Of a stretch of 64,000 nucleotides of DNA, positions 20,217-29,438 are shown piece by piece. The stretch is from IMG/VR virus record IMGVR_UViG_3300028384_000657, positions 1 to 64,000 of that record; one strand, 5' to 3'. Below the pieces are notes generated by a model, which was not told the origin of the DNA, ran no database searches, and saw nothing but the letters and a program-made list of their open reading frames with translations. Every line of letters starts with the position of its first letter. Positions within the stretch are counted from its first letter, which is position 1. This stretch comes from a virus. A program made the position numbers and the translations under genes.

Positions 20217-20644
20217 GTGAACTTAACGAAGTTCAGTGGACAAAAGATGATATGGTTGAGGTGAACCTAAAGGAACCAGATGATTTCCTGAAGGTCCGTG
20301 AAACTCTTACCCGTATTGGTGTCGCGTCGAGAAAAGAAAAGAAACTTTATCAATCCTGCCATATCTTACATAAGAAGGGTCAGTATTATATCGTTCACTT
20401 CAAGGAACTATTTGCGTTGGATGGTAAGAAAGTAAATCTTTCTGAAAATGATGTTCAACGTAGAAATAGAATTGTAAAACTTCTTTCCGACTGGGGATTG
20501 GTAGAGATTGTAAAGGAGGCAGTTGTCTCTGATGCTGCTCCACTCAGTCAGATTAAAGTGATCGCCTATAAAGATAAGGGCGAATGGATTCTAGAATCCA
20601 AATATAACATTGGGAAGAAACGTCAAACAAATGAGCACTCATGA
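20213..20644 (+). CDS. regA: translational repressor RegA
   Basis: DDFLKVRETLTRIGVAS, LYQSCHILHK.G.YYIVHFKELF. Confidence 0.98.
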   Translation: MSELNEVQWTKDDMVEVNLKEPDDFLKVRETLTRIGVASRKEKKLYQSCHILHKKGQYYIVHFKELFALDGKKVNLSENDVQRRNRIVKLLSDWGLVEIVKEAVVSDAAPLSQIKVIAYKDKGEWILESKYNIGKKRQTNEHS

Positions 20645-21272
20645 ATTTGAAATCAAACCACACTGGATACAACAACCAGGATGGTTATACGCAGTTGTTC
20701 CTGACTCAGTTAAGGAAGAACTGATTAAATCCATGGAGACCCCTGGAGAGGACGCTAGAAGCACTCTCAGGGGTCATCTCAAAGAAGAGTATTCACTTCC
20801 TCTAACCGAGGAAGTTTCTCAGTTTACACGGTTCCTATCGTATCAGTACATCGAAACCTTTGGTGTGCAAGCGAATATGGGAATCCAAGAAGATTTTCAA
20901 AGAAAGGATCCTGACTTTGAGTTAGGTCAACTATGGGTTAACTATCAAAGTAAGTATGATTTTAATCCAAGTCATATTCATTCGGGAGTTTTTTCATTCG
21001 TTATCTGGGTGAAGCTCCCTTACAATTGGCAAGAAGAGAGAGAAAGATATCCAAAAGCAAATGGTAATGAGACTGCTGCATTTTATTTTACATATAGCAG
21101 TCCTATGGGAGGACTAGATGCACATTACATCAACTTAGATTCTGCATGGGAGTGGTCTATGGTGTTCTTCCCTGCCAGAATGTATCATGGCGTGAACCCA
21201 TTTTATACATCTGACGAGAAACGCATATCGATCTCGGGTAATATATACGTTGTAGACAAATCATATTCCTAA
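20631..21272 (+). CDS. putative 2OG-Fe(II) oxygenase (TIGR02466-like)
   Basis: WVNYQ, FNPSHIHSG, FFPARMYHGV, RISISGN. Confidence 0.82.
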   Translation: MSTHEFEIKPHWIQQPGWLYAVVPDSVKEELIKSMETPGEDARSTLRGHLKEEYSLPLTEEVSQFTRFLSYQYIETFGVQANMGIQEDFQRKDPDFELGQLWVNYQSKYDFNPSHIHSGVFSFVIWVKLPYNWQEERERYPKANGNETAAFYFTYSSPMGGLDAHYINLDSAWEWSMVFFPARMYHGVNPFYTSDEKRISISGNIYVVDKSYS

Positions 21273-21296
21273 ATAGAGCTGCCACGCTATCTACTA

Positions 21297-21587
21297 ATGA
21301 AAGATACAAAACCTCAGGTAGATGAGAAGGGAGATGACGATGATAAGAGTGAAGTTCTTGGTAACTTAGTTAAAGTTGTTGTTCTTATATGGTCTGCCTC
21401 TCTACTAACGTTCTCTTACGTTAGACTTCCTAACGGTCAAAAAATTCTAGATTTTGATCCGACGTTTATAGCCTCGGTATTTTCTGGATCTTTAGCTGCG
21501 TTCGGATTGAGTCCTGCTAAAAATGGTAGTTCTGCTAAGAAAGCACCCGAGATCAAGAAAAAAGAAGAAGTTGAACCAAAGGTATAA
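21297..21587 (+). CDS. small two-TM membrane protein
   Basis: VVVLIWSASLLTFSY and DPTFIASVFSGSLAAFG; late promoter at about 21269. Confidence 0.75.
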   Translation: MKDTKPQVDEKGDDDDKSEVLGNLVKVVVLIWSASLLTFSYVRLPNGQKILDFDPTFIASVFSGSLAAFGLSPAKNGSSAKKAPEIKKKEEVEPKV

Positions 21588-21589
21588 TT

Positions 21590-21832
21590 ATGCAAAAAAT
21601 TATTAATACACTAGCAGTGCTCTCTTTCATCGGTGTCTCAGGCATCGTCGGTGGTGGAGCATATGTTTATTTCCAAAGAGATGCACTGATTGAATCCGCT
21701 AAGGCGAAGATCACTGCAGCGGCAGCAGAGGCGCTTACAGGAGCACTTCCTGGTATGTTAGATAGCGCAGTTCCTAAGGCTATGCCTGGGGCGACAGGTC
21801 TGCCTGTTCCCGTTAAACTACCAGGACAATGA
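21590..21832 (+). CDS. small membrane-anchored protein
   Basis: N-terminal hydrophobic helix, Pro-rich tail. Confidence 0.72.
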   Translation: MQKIINTLAVLSFIGVSGIVGGGAYVYFQRDALIESAKAKITAAAAEALTGALPGMLDSAVPKAMPGATGLPVPVKLPGQ

Positions 21833-22389
21833 AACCCCTACACTGGTTCGCAGGTGGGCTCGGTGTCATTCTTGGCATTGGGCACATTGGCATGATTGGG
21901 ATGATTGCTCGTAATAATACGTTTCCAACTATCAATCCACCTGTAGGAGAGTACTCTTCTTATAAAGCAAAGGTTGGACCTGATGGATATGAGATCGATT
22001 ACAAAGGTAACGATCCTAAAACCATGGAGGTTGAAAAGTTTGTCGATAAGAAGAATGGATTCTTCGGTATCGGTGGTAAATCTGTTGTAACCTTCAAAGA
22101 AGAATATACTATGGATGGTCAACGCCACCTAGGAGGTAACGGCGAGGGAAAGTTAACCGCTGCCAAACTCGCATGTATCGAAACGGTGGGAGGTGGCAAA
22201 CAGACTGGTCGTGTCGTCGGCGCTAGCATGGGTGCCGCTGCTGCTCCTGCTGTGACGGGGATACCCTTCGTAGGACCCGTTCTAGGCGGTCTGGTTGCTA
22301 TCTTCGCATCTGATAAGGGTGCTGAGGTTGGTGGTGAAATTGCTACTGAATTAAGTGAGGACTGTGAGGATGGAGATACCAAAGATTAG
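21829..22389 (+). CDS. membrane protein with C-terminal glycine-zipper-like region
   Basis: N-terminal TM helix; GRVVGASMGAAAAP..GIPFVGPVLGG. Confidence 0.75.
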   Translation: MKPLHWFAGGLGVILGIGHIGMIGMIARNNTFPTINPPVGEYSSYKAKVGPDGYEIDYKGNDPKTMEVEKFVDKKNGFFGIGGKSVVTFKEEYTMDGQRHLGGNGEGKLTAAKLACIETVGGGKQTGRVVGASMGAAAAPAVTGIPFVGPVLGGLVAIFASDKGAEVGGEIATELSEDCEDGDTKD

Positions 22390-23149
22390 TATTCCCCGTA
22401 GGGAGATTGGCGTTAAGCAGATCCCTAGGGTATACACTCCACAATGGTTAAAGGAAGCACCTACGGTTATTCCTCCCAATCCTCCAGTAACTAGTCAGAT
22501 TGGTGTGCCTATCATCAATCTGCCTGGTTGTGTTGAAGCACATGAACAGAATAGTGGTAAAGAGAAGAGTGGTATTCTTTCTGCAGATGACCCTAAAGGT
22601 GTTAAGGTCTTCTGTGACTCTGGTGTGCCATCTTTCAATCCTATTGATTATGACAAAGATAAATTAAAGTTTCCTCCGAAGAAAACAGAACCTCCGAAGA
22701 TTGCACCACCAAAACCTCCAGAGACTAAAACACCAGAGGTTCCCAAAACAGAGAAACCTGAGTGTCCTACAAAAGTGCAGAAGATTGAAGCACCTGTAGG
22801 TACGTTGACTGATGCTGGTAAGAAAAAGATTGTAGAGTATAGACTGGTCGAGAAGCAGTGTGTTGCGATCAAAGAAGATTTAAAAATACCTGATCAAATT
22901 GTCAAAGCAATTCCATCAGTAGGGCAGGTTACAACTACAGCAGGTATCACCATCATTGCAACTGCTGCAGCAACTGCAACACCATTCTTACTGAAAGTTG
23001 TTAAACCTATTGTTAAACAGATAATCAAAAAAATTAAGAAGGCACTCGGAAAAGAACCTCCTAAGTTATCTCAGAGCGAAGTTCGTGCCAATAAGTATAG
23101 AGAAAAGAAAGGGTTGCCTGAACTCAAGCAACCCAAAAAGAAGAAGTAA
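22370..23149 (+). CDS. Pro/Lys-rich protein with C-terminal TM helix
   Basis: PIINLPGCVEAH, Pro-rich linker, TTAGITIIATAAATATP, basic tail. Confidence 0.75.
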   Translation: MEIPKISIPRREIGVKQIPRVYTPQWLKEAPTVIPPNPPVTSQIGVPIINLPGCVEAHEQNSGKEKSGILSADDPKGVKVFCDSGVPSFNPIDYDKDKLKFPPKKTEPPKIAPPKPPETKTPEVPKTEKPECPTKVQKIEAPVGTLTDAGKKKIVEYRLVEKQCVAIKEDLKIPDQIVKAIPSVGQVTTTAGITIIATAAATATPFLLKVVKPIVKQIIKKIKKALGKEPPKLSQSEVRANKYREKKGLPELKQPKKKK

Positions 23150-24037
23150 TTATCTCTTTTTCTCTATAGGAGGACCTAAGTCCTCTGCTTTTGTAGAAAC
23201 TTTTCGGGGAATCTGATGAACGTGTGGTGCAATAGCATTTTTATTTTGCACTACGATATCTTGGCACAGACGATAATAAGGACTCCATGATGCGAAGGAG
23301 ATACCTTTCTGTGCCATTTCACCGCACTTGGTTAATCTTGTAAGCTCAAATTCCAATCTACGATTAGCAGTCATTTGACTACGCAATTCATTATGGTGTT
23401 GTGCAGCTTCTTTACAAAGTTGTTGTTGCTTTCTATCTAATGGCCAAGAGATAGTAGCAGAGAAACCTGCGTTCCAGTTATAGTTATCTTTCTGACCAGT
23501 TCTTATTCTTCGATGATATAATATCTCTCCTGGGCGATCGGGAATTCCATCCCCAACTGCATTTCCATCAGCATCAAAATCACCTTCTAGATCCAGTACA
23601 TTATATACAGGATCATCATAGTGAGATTCAAATGGAAACTGCCAACTATAGCTTCGTGTCACATATGGAGTCACATTAAGTGTAGGACCCTGACAACTAA
23701 TGCCGTCTCCGTAAGTGTTAGTGATATAAGGACCTTGTAAAACCTGAATGGCTTGATTGGTCACTGAGCCAGAGCTATTCGCGACTGGAGCTGCTGTTGC
23801 ACTTACACCCCCTACAGTTTCCGCCAGTGTGGCAGGGGCAGTCGCAATTGATGTTAGACATAGTGCTATTGGGTAAAGATACTTGTGGTGTCTGTTACGC
23901 TTTGAATTTTTGTTGTTCTCTCGATAATTGTATGGTTCGAGAGACCTGGAGCCATGTAAGATTCTACGAACGAGAATTGTCCTCCAGGAGTTGTTTGACT
24001 CCATGTTGGTCTCGTTCCCATATTCAATCCTGTCCAT
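23150..24037 (-). CDS. secreted/outer-membrane-like protein (start uncertain)
   Basis: Signal-like IALCLTSIATAPATLA then ETVGGVSATAAPVANSSGSVTNQAIQVLQG; beta-rich, with a Cys-bearing helical tail. Confidence 0.72.
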   Translation of the reverse strand: MDRIEYGNETNMESNNSWRTILVRRILHGSRSLEPYNYRENNKNSKRNRHHKYLYPIALCLTSIATAPATLAETVGGVSATAAPVANSSGSVTNQAIQVLQGPYITNTYGDGISCQGPTLNVTPYVTRSYSWQFPFESHYDDPVYNVLDLEGDFDADGNAVGDGIPDRPGEILYHRRIRTGQKDNYNWNAGFSATISWPLDRKQQQLCKEAAQHHNELRSQMTANRRLEFELTRLTKCGEMAQKGISFASWSPYYRLCQDIVVQNKNAIAPHVHQIPRKVSTKAEDLGPPIEKKR

Positions 24038-24348
24038 GTCGAAGAAATACCATTACTATTAGTTGTTGATGCAGGAGCTCTTACGCTCTGCTGTTCTGTT
24101 CCCGAAGGGGCAATATTGCCGCCAGAAGGTTTTACCCCATGACCACTTACAGAATATGTATATCCTGTGTTGTAGTCCATCGAGTTAATAACCTCAACCA
24201 CCTCAGATGTCGTCTCTGTGTGAGTCGTCATTTGGCCCTGCTGGAAATTTGGGACCACGGGGACCGCCTGGGCAGGTGCAGCAGAAATTAAGACTACCAC
24301 CGCACTTGTCGCAGTAAATATGAAGGTCTTTCCAGAAAGGATGCTCAC
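23866..24348 (-). CDS. secreted Ser/Thr-rich protein
   Basis: Signal peptide ending AQA, then VPVVPNFQQG. Confidence 0.75.
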   Translation of the reverse strand: MSILSGKTFIFTATSAVVVLISAAPAQAVPVVPNFQQGQMTTHTETTSEVVEVINSMDYNTGYTYSVSGHGVKPSGGNIAPSGTEQQSVRAPASTTNSNGISSTWTGLNMGTRPTWSQTTPGGQFSFVESYMAPGLSNHTIIERTTKIQSVTDTTSIFTQ

Positions 24349-24359
24349 GAGGATTCTCC

Positions 24360-24845
24360 TTACTTGATGAGGAGCTCACTAGAGAACTGTCCGATTGCAG
24401 ATGTTCCTGCGCCGCCAGCTGTCAGTGACATTGTTCCTGACGAATCGATCGTTCCAGCTAAGGATCCAGCAGATCCAGCTGCATTACTCGTCATGATACC
24501 GAAGTTTTGAACTTCTCCAGTAGTCGCTGCGCTTGTGGGGATGGCGTCAGCTTGTGTGAACGAGGCAGTGAAAGAAAATGCTTCTCCAGCAGTTGCTTGG
24601 GTTGCTGAAATAGAACCAGGAGAATATACACCAGACGTGATACCGCCAGTAGAGATTGTATTGACAGTTGTACCGTCTGTAGTGTTTACATTATTACCTG
24701 TGATACTGTATGAATTTCCTAATCTCGTCGCTTGTGTTGCTGCTGAATTCACTTGCAGTTGAACACTAGAAGATAGTCGATGGGTGATATCAGCGTGTGC
24801 TGGTGCTGCCATCAAGAGCATAACGAATGGTAAAATTTTACGCAT
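24360..24845 (-). CDS. secreted Ser/Thr/Gly-rich protein
   Basis: Signal peptide MRKILPFVMLLMAAPAHA then DITHRLSSSVQL. Confidence 0.8.
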   Translation of the reverse strand: MRKILPFVMLLMAAPAHADITHRLSSSVQLQVNSAATQATRLGNSYSITGNNVNTTDGTTVNTISTGGITSGVYSPGSISATQATAGEAFSFTASFTQADAIPTSAATTGEVQNFGIMTSNAAGSAGSLAGTIDSSGTMSLTAGGAGTSAIGQFSSELLIK

Positions 24846-24887
24846 TTTTCCATCGATGAGGGTGCTATTCTATATAGGGAATTTAGC

Positions 24888-24916
24888 TTGACATACCCTG
24901 TTCAAGATGCTACCAT
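24888..24916 (+). promoter_or_regulatory. sigma70-type promoter for nuclease-methyltransferase pair
   Basis: TTGACA-17-TACCAT with TG extension. Confidence 0.6.
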
Positions 24917-25422
24917 ATGTGAGTAACGCAACGGACCCTGCCTTGGACTCCACCACACTCCCCGAAATCAACTACGATGAGGTCTACCAGTTTGATCTGA
25001 CTAGTCAAGTCAAGTTCTGGAAACTGCCTCAAGAAGAAGTCTTTGAACTCTTCCGTGATGGTCGAACTGCGTCTCGTTTTCTTGAGCGCATGGTCCCTCG
25101 TCTCTTTGCTGACTTTAAGTATGTTGATGAGAAAGGTTATGATTGGTTGCGTAGGGCGATTGAAAAGGTAGAAGGTAAGTGTGTGACCAAGAATGGTTGT
25201 AAGTTCGCTCCTTCTGCTATGGTTGGATCTGGTCGTAAGATCATTCCTGAAGAAGTAAAGGAACATATTGAAGAGAATGACCTTGACTATATCCTCATGG
25301 ATATTGTAGAATTCCCTTTGGTTCGTATGCGATTTGTGAAGGGTAGCGATCTGATTGCAACTCATCCTAATTGTGATATCTCCAAAGCAAAGAAGTGGCG
25401 CACCAAGTATTTCAACGTATGA
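24907..25422 (+). CDS. putative PD-(D/E)XK nuclease (start may be TTG 24943)
   Basis: FLE...GYD...KVEGK spacing fits a PD-(D/E)xK core; ATGA-coupled to a methyltransferase. Confidence 0.55.
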   Translation: MLPYVSNATDPALDSTTLPEINYDEVYQFDLTSQVKFWKLPQEEVFELFRDGRTASRFLERMVPRLFADFKYVDEKGYDWLRRAIEKVEGKCVTKNGCKFAPSAMVGSGRKIIPEEVKEHIEENDLDYILMDIVEFPLVRMRFVKGSDLIATHPNCDISKAKKWRTKYFNV

Positions 25423-26207
25423 TTTATTTGAAAGATTGTCTAGAAGGAATGAAAGAACTGGAGGATGGAAGCATTGATGCTATCATCACTTCTCCTCCGT
25501 ACAATCTCAATATTAAATATGGAAGGTATTCTGACAACAAACCTCGTCAAGAATACCTTTCTTGGTTGGTAGATATTTTTCGTGAAGCAAAACGTATTCT
25601 TGCAGATGATGGTCATCTGTTTGTCAATATGGGATATTCTAATATCGATCCTTGGATTGGTATGGAAGTAGGTCTTGCACTTCGCGAAGACTGGATTCTC
25701 CAGAATCATATCAACTGGGTCAAATCTATTCATGTAAATGGAAAGACCTCTGGACATTTCAAACCAATCAATAGTAAAAGGTTTGTATGTCCTACCTGGG
25801 AACATCTGTTTCACTTTACCAAGGATGGTAATGTTGAGATCGATCGTCTCTCTGTCGGTGTTCAATATGAGTACTATGAAGCAAACATTCGCGGCAACAA
25901 CACAGCAGAAACAAAACCAAATCTACGAGACAAGGGTAACTGTTGGTTCGTGCCGTATGAAACTATTAACAGTAAAGAACTCAGAGGAAAGCATCCTGCC
26001 ACCTTCCCTGTCAAACTTGCTGAAGACTGTCTGAAACTCACTGGAAAGGATACTGGTATTGCTCTAGATCCTTTTATGGGCACAGGCACGACTGCTGTGG
26101 CAGCACAGATCCTTGGATGGGATTGCATTGGTTATGACATTGATGAAGATTATATTAAGTTTGCTAATAATCGACTGAATCGGGGATTGACATCCTTCTT
26201 AAGTTGA
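25419..26207 (+). CDS. beta-class amino-methyltransferase (N4-C/N6-A)
   Basis: DCLEGMK, ITSPPYN (SPPY) precedes HPATFP and LDPFMGTGTT. Confidence 0.92.
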   Translation: MIYLKDCLEGMKELEDGSIDAIITSPPYNLNIKYGRYSDNKPRQEYLSWLVDIFREAKRILADDGHLFVNMGYSNIDPWIGMEVGLALREDWILQNHINWVKSIHVNGKTSGHFKPINSKRFVCPTWEHLFHFTKDGNVEIDRLSVGVQYEYYEANIRGNNTAETKPNLRDKGNCWFVPYETINSKELRGKHPATFPVKLAEDCLKLTGKDTGIALDPFMGTGTTAVAAQILGWDCIGYDIDEDYIKFANNRLNRGLTSFLS

Positions 26208-26215
26208 TATATAGT
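26187..26215 (+). promoter_or_regulatory. sigma70-type promoter for 26278 gene
   Basis: TTGACA-17-TATAGT; AGGAGG RBS downstream. Confidence 0.7.
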
Positions 26216-26277
26216 TCTGTTGCTGCAATGGACAACTGTCCGCAGTGATTTCACTACTATATCCATAGGAGGATATC

Positions 26278-27342
26278 ATGACTCGAAAGAGAAAGACGAT
26301 GGAAGATATCGTCACGGGATTGAACGTATCCCAAAATCCTGGTTCGACAGGTAGACCACTGAAGATCGAAGAGTGTGATAGAGAAAAAGCACTTCGTTTC
26401 TTCGTTGACCCTTTGTACCAACGACTTATTTCCCCTGCGAAACTGCAGAGTTATGGGCAGTTAGATTTTAATCTGCTTGTTCCTGTTGTTGTATCGCGCC
26501 GCCCTCTGTCTCTTGGTGAACTGCTTGCAGGTGACCACGTTATTGATGGGCAAAATAAAGTCGCCAAGTTTCTCCTGAGTCTGGTAGAGACTGGGTTGAC
26601 TATTGCTATCTTGGAGCATGATGAAGATGCAACTTATGAAGAGGTGCTGGAAAAAGAAGCACTTGTCTTCAATCGCCTGAATACCTGGCGCAAGAAACTA
26701 ACTACCATTGACAACCTTCGTTCTGAAGTTTGTTTTGGTGATCCTACTGCATGTCACATTGAGAATGTTATGAAAACTCTCAATGTTGTTGCACAACCAG
26801 ATACCTTTGGTTCTGACAAAAAGAATGCTTTCCCTGTAAAGTCTTTCACCCACTTCTACTATTGTGTGAAGGATGACTATGATCTTAGTGAAGATGGAAC
26901 ACTGGCTCTTTCCGAAGGGTATGAGTTCTGGAAGTCCATTTATGGTTATGCTGGTTCTAGTGATGTTGTAAGCATCATTCCTGCTGCTTTCATGCATGGA
27001 ACTGCATTCCGTGCTATCTGTTTCCTCAGAGAGTTTATTGAGAATGGTTTACACAACGGTAAGCAGTCTCTGTTCCGTCAGTGGTGCCAGTCTCGAATTC
27101 CATTTATTTGGACGCAAGCAAAACTCGTTAAGGGTTTTGGATCTTTTGCATCTCCTCGTTGGATCCTGTATCGTATCATCGAAAAGTATAATGAGGAAAT
27201 CTCTATTAATGGTTCTGGAGCACAGACACTTGGACCTAAGACTTTGGTCGAAGCATCCCGAGTGAACTTTGACTTCTCACATCCTGATGAAGATCAGTGG
27301 CAGCGTATTGTTAACCCTCCAAAAAAGAAGGACGCTAAATAA
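26278..27342 (+). CDS. ParB/Srx-like N-terminal domain protein
   Basis: VDPLYQR, VVVSRR, HVIDGQNK (cf. IDGQHR), EALVFNRLN. Confidence 0.65.
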   Translation: MTRKRKTMEDIVTGLNVSQNPGSTGRPLKIEECDREKALRFFVDPLYQRLISPAKLQSYGQLDFNLLVPVVVSRRPLSLGELLAGDHVIDGQNKVAKFLLSLVETGLTIAILEHDEDATYEEVLEKEALVFNRLNTWRKKLTTIDNLRSEVCFGDPTACHIENVMKTLNVVAQPDTFGSDKKNAFPVKSFTHFYYCVKDDYDLSEDGTLALSEGYEFWKSIYGYAGSSDVVSIIPAAFMHGTAFRAICFLREFIENGLHNGKQSLFRQWCQSRIPFIWTQAKLVKGFGSFASPRWILYRIIEKYNEEISINGSGAQTLGPKTLVEASRVNFDFSHPDEDQWQRIVNPPKKKDAK

Positions 27343-27420
27343 TATTGTCGCCTTCGTGCGCGACCGCTACAAACGGAATATACGCTACTATGAGACGGGT
27401 TTCACCACCCGTCTTTTTTT
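27336..27420 (+). ncRNA. candidate late small RNA ending in a terminator
   Basis: CTAAATA, GTCGCC-TTCG-TGCGCGAC hairpin, CGCTAC repeated twice, GAGACGGG-TTTCACCA-CCCGTCT plus T run. Confidence 0.45.
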
Positions 27421-27495
27421 GTACAATCTGTTAAATACTATTGGTTGCCTTCGGGGACCACACAATCAAACTCGCTTACAAAAGGAGCATAACAA

Positions 27496-27942
27496 ATGAC
27501 TGGACTTAGAAAGTTCACCAGTAAAGATCTTGGTGCCATCGTAGACGCTGCAGAAAGATATAGCGTCGGACTCGATGATGTTTTTTATAGATTACATTCC
27601 TATGGAATGGGAACAGCAAACAATGCATATCCTCCATATAACTTAGTACAGGAATCAAATATTAAATGGAGGATTGAAGTAGCACTTGCTGGTTGGTCGA
27701 AGGACGAGATTGAAGTCTCTACAGAATCGAACGTCCTCCTAATCAGGTCTAAGACAGCGAAGAATAAAGGAGAAGAGGAATACATGCACAGAGGTATTTC
27801 TACTCGCACCTTCGCTAGAGGTTTCAACTTGTCAGACGATGTTGAGATTGGTGATGTGGCATTTAATAATGGAATGCTGACAATTGAGTTAAAGAAAATT
27901 ATCCCAGAGCACCAGAAACTTCGTGTCTATGACATAGACTAA
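27496..27942 (+). CDS. hsp20: small heat-shock protein Hsp20
   Basis: YPPYNL, IEVALAG, YMHRGISTRTF.R.F.L, NGMLTI. Confidence 0.95.
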   Translation: MTGLRKFTSKDLGAIVDAAERYSVGLDDVFYRLHSYGMGTANNAYPPYNLVQESNIKWRIEVALAGWSKDEIEVSTESNVLLIRSKTAKNKGEEEYMHRGISTRTFARGFNLSDDVEIGDVAFNNGMLTIELKKIIPEHQKLRVYDID

Positions 27943-27959
27943 TCAAAGTTTATTGATAC

Positions 27960-28004
27960 CTTAAACTACCCATAACTCAATTGTAGCAGTAAGTATGCTA
28001 TATT
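27960..28004 (+). promoter_or_regulatory. putative Pho box plus extended -10
   Basis: CTTAAACT-ACC-CATAACTC resembles the cyanobacterial PyTTAAPyPy(T/A)-N3 repeat; TGCTATATT downstream; heads the pstS operon. Confidence 0.55.
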
Positions 28005-28054
28005 ACTTGGGCGATCGATCGGGGTCGCTTAAGTATACTTCACATGTAAAAGAA

Positions 28055-28429
28055 ATGAAAAAAGCACTGGCACTTTCTGCCCTGGCAGCACTCTCCGCTG
28101 CTTCCGTAGCACCTGCTATGGCTGGTCCTTACCTCACCACCAAAGTCGGAGTCAAGGGCGAAGGAAGCGAATTTGATAAGTCCTATGTAGAAACTCGTGT
28201 TGGTTATGAAACCAAGATGGGTAACCTTAAGCCTTATATCGAAGTTGGTCCCGCATGGGAAACTGGTAATGGTGAGGAGACTGAGAACTTTGGTCAACTC
28301 GAAGTTGGCACCAAGATCAAACTGACGGACAACCTGTCTTCTAAAGTCAAGGCAGAGTTCACCAACGCATTTGAGTCTGGTACAGATATGGAATGGAAGT
28401 ACGAAGCAACTCTAACTTACGACTTCTGA
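28055..28429 (+). CDS. small outer-membrane beta-barrel-like protein (paralog of 61229 gene)
   Basis: Signal peptide ending AMA-GPY, alternating beta strands, C-terminal LTYDF. Confidence 0.75.
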   Translation: MKKALALSALAALSAASVAPAMAGPYLTTKVGVKGEGSEFDKSYVETRVGYETKMGNLKPYIEVGPAWETGNGEETENFGQLEVGTKIKLTDNLSSKVKAEFTNAFESGTDMEWKYEATLTYDF

Positions 28430-28471
28430 TCTATTAATATTTTCCTGTAAACACTTCCTCACGAATCTAAA

Positions 28472-29437
28472 ATGAAAGCAATCGCCGCTATTGCTCTGGG
28501 AGCCACCGCTATGGTCGCTCCTATGGCAGCTCAAGCAGGATCGTTGGACGGTGCTGGAGCATCGTTCCCTGCTCCAATCTATCAACGTTGGTTCAAGGAT
28601 TATACCGATAAGACAGGCAACCAAGTCAACTATCAAGCAGTTGGTAGTGGTGCTGGTGTCCGTCAATACAAAGCAGGCACTACCGACTTCGGTGCGTCTG
28701 ACAAAGCAGTTTCTGATAAGAAACTTGCTGGCATCTCCCGTCCTATGGTTCAGATCCCTATGACTGGTGGTGCAATCGCTGTTGCATACAACAAGCCTGG
28801 TTGTGACCTCAAACTGTCCCAAGTCGAACTCGCTAAGGTCTTCTATGGACGTATTGATAACTGGTCGCAGCTCGGTTGTGCTGCAGGTCCTATCACTGTC
28901 GCTGTTCGCTCTGATGGTTCGGGCACGACCGCTGGTTTCACCAACTCTCTTTCTGCTTTCTCGCCTTATTGGGCAATCAAAGTAGGACGTGGTAAGTCGG
29001 TTGCATGGCCCGCTGCTGGCACTGTTGGTGGTAAGGGTAACTCTGGTGTTGCTGGTGTTATCAAGAACACCCCTGGTGCGATTGGTTACTTGAACTATGG
29101 TTATGTTGTTGGTGGCAAGTTCCAACAGGCTGCTGTTCAAAACAAAGCAGGTAACTATGTGAAAGCAAGTGGAGAAACCTCTGCTGCTGGTCTGTCCCAG
29201 ATCAAACTGGACAGCAAACTGCGTGGATCCGACGCTAATCCCGCTGGTGCTAACGCATTCCCTATCGTTTCTCTGACCTGGATCCTTGCTGAACCTGGTC
29301 ATAAGACCGATGCAGTCAAACCTGCTCTTCGTTATATGCTGAGTGAAGAAGCACAAGGTATTTCAGATTCTCTGGGATATGTACCTCTCCCCGAGTCTCT
29401 TCGACAGAAGTCCCTTGCTGCTGTGGAGGGTCTTTGA
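28472..29437 (+). CDS. pstS: phosphate-binding protein PstS
   Basis: GAGASFPAPIY, NYQAVGSGAG, DFGASD, RSDGSGTT. Confidence 0.97.
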   Translation: MKAIAAIALGATAMVAPMAAQAGSLDGAGASFPAPIYQRWFKDYTDKTGNQVNYQAVGSGAGVRQYKAGTTDFGASDKAVSDKKLAGISRPMVQIPMTGGAIAVAYNKPGCDLKLSQVELAKVFYGRIDNWSQLGCAAGPITVAVRSDGSGTTAGFTNSLSAFSPYWAIKVGRGKSVAWPAAGTVGGKGNSGVAGVIKNTPGAIGYLNYGYVVGGKFQQAAVQNKAGNYVKASGETSAAGLSQIKLDSKLRGSDANPAGANAFPIVSLTWILAEPGHKTDAVKPALRYMLSEEAQGISDSLGYVPLPESLRQKSLAAVEGL

Positions 29438-29438
29438 T

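Noticed and set aside
23775-23861. Cys-rich metallothionein-like minus-strand peptide MSNINCDCPCHTGGNCRGCKC
   Set aside because: The Cys codons arise from out-of-frame reading of Ala/Val codons of the overlapping secreted gene.
28412-29356. 314-aa minus-strand ORF antisense to pstS
   Set aside because: Same antisense shadow effect; pstS explains the sequence fully.
29343-29438. N-terminal extension of the phoA-like ORF
   Set aside because: It overlaps the pstS end; ATG 29439 follows GGAGG and begins a signal-like segment.
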